64,000 bases of DNA, taken from assembly GCA_964019425.1 (NCBI GenBank), contig OZ025797.1:1116001-1180000 (forward strand), given 5' to 3'. Below the pieces are notes generated by a model, which was not told where the DNA came from, ran no database searches, and saw only the letters and a program-made list of their open reading frames with translations. Shown here piece after piece: positions 1 through 10,800 of this stretch (the stretch's first letter is position 1; each line of letters opens with the position of its first letter). A program made the position numbers and the translations under genes. The stretch comes from Flectonema sp. DT1601 (lineage: Eukaryota).

Positions 1-140
1 TTTTCTTCTTTTTTTACTTAAGATGCAACAATGCTTGTTGTAAATAGAACTATTTAAAAAGAAAAAAATGAACTTTTGAGAAGGGGAAGAGTATGGGGAA
101 ATTGGTCTTTATTCAATTCATAGCGAAAATGTACAACCAT

Positions 141-3017
141 TTACAACTCAAAGACTTCCTTGTGGAGTGGAACATTGTTAGCAACCGCAGCGCTCTCAAC
201 ATCATAGATCAGTCCACCAGGTCCACATGCAAATACTGCCGATCCAGGCTGGGCATGGTCAAGAACAGCACTCCAGTTTGGTCTTCCAAACATAGTTGGA
301 AATGGAATATCTGAGTGGTAGTCTGCCTCTTTTTCTGGGTAGTTTGCATTGTTAAGTGGGTTCTCATATTGGCTCTGACTTGTGTAGTAAGAAGAACCTT
401 TACTGTTCAACATTGATGCCTCACTGGCAGAAGTGTTGTAAAGCTGCCACTCAACTCCATTTACCTGTGAAAGAGCGCGAAGTTCCTTTGCGAATGGTTC
501 GTAACCAGCTCTGCCGCGGAATGCCCAAATCACAATAAGTCTGACGTTGCTGTTCTTAACGTACCTCTGTGAAGCGTGGAAGTCAATCATACTTAATATT
601 GCTGTGAATCCGATACCACCAGCGCAGAGATAGATTTCACTGCGGCCTTCCATGTCGTACTGAACCATAGGGCGTCCGAATGGTCCCTGGCATGCGAATT
701 GATCACCAACAGAGACCTGTCTTAAATCGTGTGTCCATTCACCTGGTCCCATATCTCTGATGTGTAGTGTGAAAGTTTCCTCTCTTGCAGTAGAAATAGA
801 GAACGGATGCCATTCTTGTGCTCCCATGTCACTATTCTTCAAAGACACCCACTGGAATGGTTTTAATTCAGAGATACCCTTCTTGTGCAGAGTCAACTTT
901 ACTACATTACCAAAACGCTCAATTCCGAGAACTTCAGCACGGTTTGTATGACTCTCGTAGTATCTGATAAGAACATCAATTGCATACAACAACACTGGGA
1001 TACCACTGAAGATCATTAGTGTTGGGTAATGGATCCACGCAAAGATATAAAGCACGGCATACAAAGTATGCAAAACAACAAAAAGATTCCAATGAGAGCG
1101 ACGAAGAAACGCTGCAGGCAAAACAACAAACAATGCTGCAACCCAAGCAAGGAGTCCAGCAAGTGGAGGGCCGTGAGGGAAACCGATCTCCCATTTAATG
1201 ATACGCTTGAGTCCTTCTTTTACTGCTTCAGATGTTGAATAGGTGTCGGTGTAGGTTCTGGTACTCCAGTTTGGACTTCCGTTGTCGTAGTACTGAACAT
1301 GCGCCAACCACATACCCAAACCATGAGCAGTCATAAAGATAAGAATCCAAAATCCTAACTTCTTGTGGAACTTCAGGGCGCGTTCAAAAGGGATTCCGAA
1401 AGCGAGAAGCAAAAGACTTTTCCTCGCAACAGGGAAAAGCTGTAATGTGAGCATACCAGCTACAACACCACCGAGACCTCTTGGAACTTTACCAACCAAG
1501 TTATTAATGGTCGCGTGGTTGAATACGTACGCAAAACATAATCCTAACCATCCAAGAATCCACATGCCCATGATAAATTCTGCCCAAGTCGTACGCAGTG
1601 GAATTGGAGCGTAAAAGTCAAGGTACCACAGTGGACTCTTTGCTTTTAGAGGTCCGCACAAAGGAAATTGGTATGTTTTGTTAAGAAGCTGAAGAACAAT
1701 AGCTACAACCGCGATGACCAAGAATAGACCAATCCACGAAAACAAAAGGACTGCAATAATATCACCGGAATCTCCTCTCCACTCGAAGTAGATCATTCCT
1801 CCCTTCCAGTGTTTGTTTCCGGGGACAAACTTAGTCCAAATGTAGTAAGGATTCTTTGTACCAGGGGCACAGCCAGTGCAACCCTGACCATCAACAACTC
1901 CGTACTTTGGTCTCCAGACGCCACTATTATGGCCATCGCCACCAGCGGCACCATCGGCGTCTCCATCATCTCCGTCTCCTCCCTTGTGACCATCGGCACC
2001 TCCATCTCCGTCATCTCCGTCTCCCTTTTTACCATCAGCATCTCCATTTCCGTCATCTCCGTCTCCCTTGTTACCATCGGCATCTCCCTTGTTACCATCG
2101 GCATCTCCCTTGTTACCATCGGCATCTCCCTTGTTACCATCGGCATCTCCATCTCCGTCATCTCCGTCAAGAGTTTGAATTCCGTGTCGGTGGCCATCTG
2201 CATCACCATTTGCGTGGCCATCTCCGTCTCCTCCGGTCGATGGTGCTGGCTTGCTAGGTGTTGATGCGTGGCCATCTCCGTCTCCTCCAGTCGCTGGTGC
2301 TGGCTTGCTAGGTGTTGATGCGTGGCCATCTCCGTCTCCTCCAGTCGCTGGTGCTGGCTTGCTAGGTGTTGCTGCGTGGCCATCTCCGTCTCCTCCAGTC
2401 GCTGGTGCTGGCTTGCTAGGTGTTGATGCGTGGCCATCTCCGTCTCCTCCAGTCGCTGGTGCTGGCTTGCTAGGTGTTGCTGCGTGGCCATCTCCGTCTC
2501 CTCCAGTCGCTGGTGCTGGCTTGCTAGGTGTTGATGCGTGGCCATCTCCGTCTCCTCCAGTCGCTGGTGCTGGCTTGCTAGGTGTTGATGCGTGGCCATC
2601 TCCGTCCCCAGCTGTTGCTGCTGCGTCACCAGTCGCTGCATGGCCATCTGCATCACCACCGGCGTTACCTTTGTTTCCGTCAGCATCTCCACCGGCGTCA
2701 CCTTTGTTTCCGTCAGCATCTCCACCGGCGTCACCTTTGTTTCCGTCAGCATCTCCACCGGCGTCACCTTTGTTTCCGTCAGCATCACCACCGGCGTCAC
2801 CTTTATTTCCGTCAGCATCGCCGTGGTTTCCGTCTGCGTGTCCATCGGTGTCCCCGTGTCCATCTCTGGCTGCGCCATCGACTGCGCCATCGACTGCGGC
2901 ATCACCGCCATCATCACCGCCACCATCATCACCGGCTAACTGTACTCTTGAAACCCCAATAGCGAATATCGTAATCCATGCTACTGACAGCAGCAATGCT
3001 GCAAACAACTTAAACAT
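141..3017 (-). CDS. Ferric reductase-like transmembrane flavoprotein (FRO/NOX family) with signal peptide and long Gly/Asp/His repeat N-terminus
   Basis: 958-aa ORF. Hydrophobic N-terminus, several TM segments with heme-ligand His (KFHKKLG, TAHGL, VLHTL, WIHYP), FAD motif WHPFSI, GPFG, NADPH motifs AGGIGFT and ACGP, C-terminal KEVFEL. Confidence 0.9.
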   Translation of the reverse strand: MFKLFAALLLSVAWITIFAIGVSRVQLAGDDGGGDDGGDAAVDGAVDGAARDGHGDTDGHADGNHGDADGNKGDAGGDADGNKGDAGGDADGNKGDAGGDADGNKGDAGGDADGNKGNAGGDADGHAATGDAAATAGDGDGHASTPSKPAPATGGDGDGHASTPSKPAPATGGDGDGHAATPSKPAPATGGDGDGHASTPSKPAPATGGDGDGHAATPSKPAPATGGDGDGHASTPSKPAPATGGDGDGHASTPSKPAPSTGGDGDGHANGDADGHRHGIQTLDGDDGDGDADGNKGDADGNKGDADGNKGDADGNKGDGDDGNGDADGKKGDGDDGDGGADGHKGGDGDDGDADGAAGGDGHNSGVWRPKYGVVDGQGCTGCAPGTKNPYYIWTKFVPGNKHWKGGMIYFEWRGDSGDIIAVLLFSWIGLFLVIAVVAIVLQLLNKTYQFPLCGPLKAKSPLWYLDFYAPIPLRTTWAEFIMGMWILGWLGLCFAYVFNHATINNLVGKVPRGLGGVVAGMLTLQLFPVARKSLLLLAFGIPFERALKFHKKLGFWILIFMTAHGLGMWLAHVQYYDNGSPNWSTRTYTDTYSTSEAVKEGLKRIIKWEIGFPHGPPLAGLLAWVAALFVVLPAAFLRRSHWNLFVVLHTLYAVLYIFAWIHYPTLMIFSGIPVLLYAIDVLIRYYESHTNRAEVLGIERFGNVVKLTLHKKGISELKPFQWVSLKNSDMGAQEWHPFSISTAREETFTLHIRDMGPGEWTHDLRQVSVGDQFACQGPFGRPMVQYDMEGRSEIYLCAGGIGFTAILSMIDFHASQRYVKNSNVRLIVIWAFRGRAGYEPFAKELRALSQVNGVEWQLYNTSASEASMLNSKGSSYYTSQSQYENPLNNANYPEKEADYHSDIPFPTMFGRPNWSAVLDHAQPGSAVFACGPGGLIYDVESAAVANNVPLHKEVFEL
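1960..2830 (-). repeat. Coding tandem repeats inside the ferric reductase gene (54-bp x~7, 33-bp x~5, 21-bp x~4)
   Basis: Encode ATGGDGDGHASTPSKPAP, GDAGGDADGNK and GDADGNK. The 54-bp period is visible at 2251/2305. Confidence 0.9.
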
Positions 3018-3840
3018 ACTTGTTTGTTATCTGAAGACATAATGTAACCAATACAAGGAACCAAAACACATTCTGGAGTTTCCCACCGCGTCTGCATCTT
3101 CTACCTATTCTGGGTCAGTTCTGCCCAAGCAGTTTCGAGATCGAATCTACTTACCCACCTCACGGTGTGCCATGCATCTTCTGGAGTACAAATAAGTAAT
3201 CACAAATATATTTATTTTATAGCACTACAGCTTGAAGCCTTCACTCGTCGTACAGACTTATGTGAGCCACAAATGCTGAGACCAAACCAGAGCGGGATGA
3301 TAATGCGGTTTAGTTGAAAATGGAAAGGAAAGGTATTACAAACTATCAATCACTTGTTCCACAGTAAGCATACAGTGGTCACAGTAGCCTGCTGATGTTA
3401 AATACAGCTACCACCTCATTGAGCTGGTCACTTCAGCGTAGTTACTTTCAAAATAAATAGAAAATAAAATAAGGGGGGAAAGGATGAGGAAGAGAATTGC
3501 CCGAAAACCAAACCACGTACTATGGACCTAATCACGTCTCCAAATATTTTGGCGGAAACTAAAAGTTAGAACAAGAGATCCAGAGTGCCCATAAAAAAAG
3601 AGAAAGGAAATAAAACACTTTTTTTTAATTTATAGAAACGAAATCCATGAAGGGAAGCATGGTGAGAGACACTCAGGTGTCTAGTTTAATTATTTATTTG
3701 AGAGATAAGGAATGATGAAACACTAAATCGATAAGAAGGTTATCTCACCTCAACAATATAATTAGTTTTCAATAAATTGAATCTAATTTGAAGACTTCGA
3801 ATAACAAAATGAATTAATCATCACACACCAAATCCTGGTT

Positions 3841-4615
3841 GAGATAAATCCAATCTTGACTTCGAGTAATAACCGACTACGGGAAGGGAAGGGAAGAGAG
3901 GGAGAAGCATGGACATGCTGAGAGGCACTCAGAGTGCCTGGTTTTTATCTATTTCGGGTGTCAGTCATTTGGCACGAGTCCCTAAAGACATGAAATAATA
4001 AAACACTTCATCGATATACGATGGCTACACTACTAAGTCTGATTACCCAGACCCATCGCATGCACAAGTCAGACGTCAGATAACTTCAACCATTATTAGG
4101 GATTGAAGAATAGTCGGATGACATAATAACATAACGTACGCCAAGAAGCATTCAAAGTGTCTGGTATAATGGAAAAACAAGACAAACACTTTATCGAATT
4201 ACAGCAAATCAAAATTAATGAATCACACAAGTAATGGCGAGTGAACAGGGAACAGCCCAAGCCTGAATCCGAAAGGAATTGTGGTGCAAGCTATTGTGGG
4301 GATCTGGTCCAAATACTGGCAGAGATGAATCCAATCTTGACTTCGAGTAGTAATCGACTACGGGAAGGGAAGGGAAGAGAAGGGAAGAGAAGGGAGGGGG
4401 AACTTTGATACGATACGAAAAGATTTATCTGGGAAGAATACTGCAGGTCTTTGCACAAAAAAATAAAAATACTGTCACAATGAAACAGGAGGCGTTGAAC
4501 ATTGCCTGGTTTCTTTGGGGGGAACTTTGATACGATACGGGGGGAGGGGAAGGGAGGGGAAGGGAGGGGGAAGGGAGGGGGAAGCATGGACATGCTGAGA
4601 GGCACTCAGAGTGCT
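3841..4615. repeat. Dispersed short duplicated segments with (GGGAA)n tracts
   Basis: gagat(a/g)aatccaatcttgacttcgagta..cgactacgggaaggg at ~3841 and ~4322; agcatggacatgctgagaggcactcagagtgc at ~3906 and ~4583; ggggaactttgatacgatacg at ~4397 and ~4519. Confidence 0.7.
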
Positions 4616-4879
4616 GTTCATGACAACAGTTCTTGCAGGTCTCAAACAAAAAAAAAATTAAAGGTCAAGCAAAAAAAGAAAACAAAATAATGATGAAGGT
4701 AATGTTGTTAAAAAGAATTACGAAATATAAATATAATAAAAGAAAGAAAAACTATTTTTCTGTTTCTGCGGCTGCTTCTTCTTTCTTTAGATATCATCAG
4801 GCGATTAGAAGAAAGACGTAGTAGTACCCGAAAGGCGAGAGGTGATGGGAAGCAGCACTACTGACATTGTTATTACACG

Positions 4880-7800
4880 CTACTCCTCGACTTCTATGTA
4901 CCTTTCAATGTAGGGGCGGTACGAACAATCGTAACGTCCACACACCCCACACCTCCACACGGGTGTCTGTTTCTTCTTTTTCAGTTTAACGAGTCTCTCC
5001 TGCTCTATTCTCCAGTCGTCTTGCTGCTTCCAAATTTGCTTCCATATGGTCATCATCGCAAAGTCAAACCCACTCTCCAGCTTTTGCATGAGTTCCGGAT
5101 CAGAGAACGCCCGACGTAAGTCTGTTACAGTTGTTAGGCCTAATGAGGTTCCTCTATTAGTCAGTTCTGTTGTGAAGCTATCTGAAATACCTGAATCCTT
5201 CCATGGATCTTCATTTATGTTTTTCGTTTCGGTTTCGACTTCTGGTTCTGACTCGTCCACTTCAGGGACCTCAGCAGCAGCAGCTACAGCAGAAACGACG
5301 TTCTTTGAGATAGCAGACGCAGTGGGTGCAGACATCAATGGAAGCTTTTGTGTATCACTCGCTTTTGATAATTTCGCAGGAAGATTTTCTTCACGCGTTT
5401 CTCTGAATTTTTGAAAAACCTTCTCAAGCTCCCAGTTATGAAGCGGCCTGTCAGCGTGTTGCGCGTGTTCTTCAAAACACTTATTACGGAGTGTCTCGAC
5501 ATCTCGTACATTAGACCATGATGACAGCTTCAAACATTCGTCCATTTCTGCTTCTATCACATCGCGAGCATCTGACTCGACAGGAATACATTTTTTTTTT
5601 AACATGGTAACCAATATATCACAACACTCATCTCTGCTGAAATTACTAAATAATATTTCTTCAGCTATTCTGCTTTTCAACCCTTCATTTGTTGTAAGCA
5701 TCGCATCGATGTCTTTCTTGTAGCCAGCGAGAACTACGACCATCTTGTACTGATACGTCTCGTCCGTTAAAAGTTGTACAATCTCATCCAGTACCTCACG
5801 TGATTCGGTTAACCTGTACGCCTCGTCAATGAAAAGCACGCGGCCAAGACTCTCTTTGAAAATCATTTGTGTTTGCTTCGCGGCTTGTTGCGCGTACCCA
5901 GTTACAAAGTCAGATACAGACTTCATGTTCACTTCTGATGATCCCAAGATCCCAAGGCTTTCGTAAAGCTTCCCGATCCGTTTTGCTACAGTTGTCTTCC
6001 CAGTACCTGGTGCACCTACAAAGCGGAAGTTCATGGGGATCACATCCCGAGGTTCTTTTCCCTTCTTTTTACATTGCAAACAGACATTACGGATCCTTTC
6101 AAATCTCGTCACTATGCTGCCCACAGAAAACAAATCGCTGAACAGGGCAGCCACATCTGTTTGCTCTGCACCCGCCGACTCCTGAAAGTGAGAAAACAAA
6201 AGACGGTCACTAGCGATTGAGGGATCGTTCTTTGCGCATTTTAGCAGACGTTGTGCGGCGGCAGAGACGCAGTTGTTCACTTCCCCAGCATTGCCAAAGT
6301 TTGGTAACATTTTTTTTTTGGATAAGACCTCCGAAACCACTTTCACTATATCAGACGTATCCATGAGCAGGTCCTGTTTCTTCAATCTTGCTGCGAGGAT
6401 GCGGAACAACTCGTCATCATTGAAATCTTCGAAGTTCCACGCGTTTGTGAACTGGAAACGACGTTGGAACCCGGGGTTACAATTATTTATCATCTTCTCC
6501 ATCTCTTTCGTGTATCCTAAAAGTACTACCGCACGATCTTCACCCGTACCGCCGCTCACTTTTTCTACAATTGTATTAATCACCTCTTCACGATACGGAC
6601 ACTTGCTGTTGAACCCCGAGCAAGGGTCAAGGCCATACGCCTCGTCAATCACAAGCACCGAACCCATCGCAGACTCAAGAAGTGCGCTAGTTTTCTTTGC
6701 GGATTCCCCCAGCACTGTCCCCACACAATCACTCGCAGTACGAAGTATAACTTCTCCTCTGCTTAGCACACCAGCTTCCTTCAGAATCTTCCCGTACAGT
6801 TCAGCAACAGTAGTTTTCCCTGTTCCAGGATTCCCAATAAACACACGGTTCAGCATCACTTCCCGAGGAGCCTTTAAATCTTCTTCGAGTTTTATGTTTT
6901 GCTCAATAGAGTCCAGCACAGCTTCCATGGATTCCTTAATCGATTGCAGTCCCATCATATCTTCCAATTTCTTGTAGGGTTCGCTGTTCTTCACATTGAA
7001 ATCCGTCACCCCAAGTAGGTCTTCTTTCCTCAGAGTTCTGTCAGTCACACCCGATTTTCGCGCACGTGCCGCGTTCCGGTCCGTGGCAATATCGTATAAG
7101 TTGTGCATCGTACGTGCATTTCCAAAACCAAGTCCACGGCGGCGACCCAGCCTGCGTACAGCAACCTCAAGGTAGCGTTTGTCTTCCAAGTCGAACACGG
7201 GCTTCGAATCAATTGTAGACTTGTCATTCTTGCGTTTGCTCTCAAAGATACACAACAACTCCTCATCTGAGTAGTCCTCAAACTTACACTTATTCGGGAA
7301 ACGACTGGGAAGTCCCTCATTGAAAGCAATGAGATCTGCGATACGTGCTTCGTACCCGGCGAGCACAATCGTCATTTTTCCTTTGTGGTTCTCCATTTCT
7401 GTCAGAAGCAGATTCAGAATCTGACCCCCCCGAGGGTCACTCCCGTCACGCAGCTGATAAGCTTCATCGATAAGCATCACACCTCCATTTTCAAGTTCTT
7501 TCAGTGTGCTTGCACATTTGTCCACTCCGTCAGTGATCAACTTCGTCCCGCTTGTCTCTATGAAATTTGAAGCGTCCTTGAACAGTCCTTCTTCCTGCAG
7601 TGCCTCGCAGAATATCCTCGCCACAGTCGTCTTTCCCGTTCCAGGGTTTCCAGTGAAGATGGTACTGTACTGACGTTTCTTGTAATCCCTACCAACCTCT
7701 TTAGCTTGCTGAATGCCCAAGATAACATCGTAGAAATACTTCTTCACAGTAGAAAGACCTGTCATGCCAACCAGTTTCTTAAAGGCCTTACGTTCATTGG

Positions 7801-10800
7801 CAAGCTTCTCCCAGCTACTTTTCTCTGCCCTGCGCTTCGCACTTGACAGGTCCAACTGTGAGCGGGGTTTGGTGCATGCCTCTTGAAGCATACGGCAAAC
7901 CACACCCCGCGGACGAGATACTTTGTCAGACTCATTTTCGCAAAAAGTCTCCTTGAAAATGCGTGTTTTCTTTGCAACAAGCCCAAAGACCGCATCCAGC
8001 AGTATCGTATCTGCCCCCGCGTCACGAAGCTGTATTAAACTAACGAGTACGGAGCCACACAAAAATCTGTGGGCTAAACTCAAATTACCCTTGACTACAC
8101 TCTGCATATTTGTCCGCAACGCGAGTACCATCGACAAGTAGAATGAAGGAAGTGTCACATTAGCTGCGTCCTCAAGCAAACTACGTGCGGGACCGTCAGC
8201 TAACAGCTGTTCGCAGTACCTCCGCAGAAACAAAACTACTTCATCATCGCCTTCAAGAAGCATTCGATACGCAGAAGTTACGTTGGGTTTCTCAGAAAGT
8301 AAAATAATCGTCGCCTGCATCGGACCGCCTCGCAGAACTTCCTGTCGAGGAGTCGTGTTCTTAAGCTCTTTGTGCATGTCCTTCCATCCGAAGATAATAT
8401 CAAAGTTCTCAGGATCTCGTTGTGCAGCTGACACAATTTTATCGAGTTCTCCTTTTTCGCAAGCTTTGCGTAGATCTTCTCGCATGGCATTCAGCTGCTC
8501 AGATTCTCGTTCTTTGACAGCATTCGATTCTTCCAAATTCCTTTTTTGCAGATTAGCTCTGTCGTTGATAGTACGCATTTCCTCAGTACTTTTCTGACGA
8601 GCTTCTGCCAGTCTGCGTACTTCCAAATCCCTTTGCTGTGTCAGCGCTTTCACTTTTGCCATTCGATTCTTCCTTTTCATTTCTAGATTCTCTTGTGATT
8701 CTCGCTTCTGTTTAATAAGTTCGATCTCCGTCTTTAACTCATTCGTATCTTTTTCACCTCGGGCTTCCTGCAGCAACAATACTTTTCTTTCAGCAAGAGC
8801 AGCTCTTTTGATGACTCGTTCCCGTTCCTCCCGAATTGCATCAATCTCTTTCTCCGCTAAAATAGCTTCTCCTTCTAATTTCTTCATAAGGAGAATGTGT
8901 GCTTCTTCTTCCTTGATAGCCTTGGAGCGTTTTTCATCTAATACGGTTGCCATCTTCATGTCAATTTCCCGGATCTTGCGGCACAAGCTACAGTCTAACA
9001 CGCCCTGCTCTTTCTTATAACATTCAAACACAACATGGTGCCCTTCACTGCAGGTCGAACTCACAGGAACACGGCACCGAATCTTGGTGTGTGGGGTTGA
9101 GTGGCACATCTTTGGACAAGGGTGACTACATTTTAAAGAACTTTCACATGGCAAGCTGCATCCGCCATCAGGTGTTAAGTTAATAAAATCATTCTCAGAT
9201 TTAAGAAGTTGAACAGTGCGGTGTCTCTCACATACCGCAGGAAACCCGTTGTATACTTGCTTTGCTTCCTCCAGCAGCTTTCGGAGTCTTATCCAAACAC
9301 TTCCACGAGGATTAGTCAACGTAGCGAGTGACCCGATCATGTACAGACCACAGCGTGCTCGGGAGAGCATCACGTTCACACGTTCTGGTTGTTTCAAAAA
9401 CCCAATATTACCACGTTTATTACAACGAACTAATGACACGATTACAATATCAGATTCTTCTCCCTGAAAGTTATCGATGGTGGACACACGAACTGCTGCA
9501 CGATCCTTTGGAACGTCTTCGTCTTCGTCTTCATTGTTGCTTTCTCCATCATCCTTCTGCTTCGCAAGTTGTTCTTCGTCCAGCTCTGATAGCGTTGCCT
9601 TCCACAATTTCGACTTCTCCAAAGCGCGGCGGATGTCAATGAGCTGCCCTAAGTAAGGCGTCAGAATTACTATGTCACCCGGACTGTGTCCCTGATTGAC
9701 GAAGTATCGCAGCATGCCCATTACCATAATTACTTCATACTGATTTGTTTTCGATAAGCTGTCGGTGGTATTCTCAGATCCCTCAGCATTCTCGGGAACG
9801 TTGTGGTCTATAAACACAACATTCTTCGCTGTGCCCTTCGGAACCTGCCTATCAACAACAACCTTCGGTCCGTCAATGTATTGTTCGTAGGTCGGACGTA
9901 CGAGCCTCGACATTTCAGGTCTCATTCGGTGCTGCATTTCTAACGTCACATAAGGACTTCCTTCTAATATCAGTCTTTCAAACATAGATGTGTTGAATTT
10001 GTACGGCCCACCACTTTCTACCGTCAGGTCGTAGGATTCAATCTTTGGTCGGAGTTGCTTGTGATCTCCGATCATTGCAACACGTCGCAGTTTGAGCGAA
10101 AGCAGCGACGTCAGCGCAGAGCATTCCAACAATTCTCCAGCCTCTTCGATGAAAACAGACGTCACGTCATCCAAGAGAGAAGAGTTCTCTGCCAAAAAGG
10201 TTGTGGTACACCCCAGAATGTGGCACTCATCTACTACCATTTTCCTTTCAAAGTCACCCAGCTTGCGCATCTGCTTTCTCACATCAGCATGTTCAACCAC
10301 TAAGTCAGATAGTTCTACTCGGCTGCTGTCAAGATCCAACCAGTCGTCCAATTTCGATTTCCTCCCTGCCAATGTAAGATTCCATGGAAATGGGTCACCT
10401 GTTCGCATCTTATCTCCAGATTTGCTTTTTCCGGAGAACCACAATTCGTACTGATCGAAGTGTTGTCTCTGCTTACCAGCTTTTCCGATTAAAGTAAACC
10501 CGTCTTTTGTAGTCTCCGTTGAGAGCTGATCTGCGATAGCATTTAACCCTTTCCGGTTTAGAACTTCCTTGACTATGCGCCATTTAGGGTGAGAGTGCAA
10601 TGCTTTTTTAGATGCGGACACTATATCTCTTTCTAAGGAATCCAACTGTTCTCTTAGTCCATGAAAAATTGATCCCACATTTGCTCTACGCTGACTTTTC
10701 TCGAGTTTCATCATTACACGATCCGCAAGAAGGGTCGATTTGCACCCGGAGCCGAATCTCACCATTTTGTCCAACGGAATACTTCTTCGGATATGAAGAC

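Noticed and set aside
1793..3042. Overlapping alternative-frame ORFs (MLTETKVTPVE, HRHL and PSASPP repeats)
   Set aside because: Shadow frames of the ferric reductase coding repeats.
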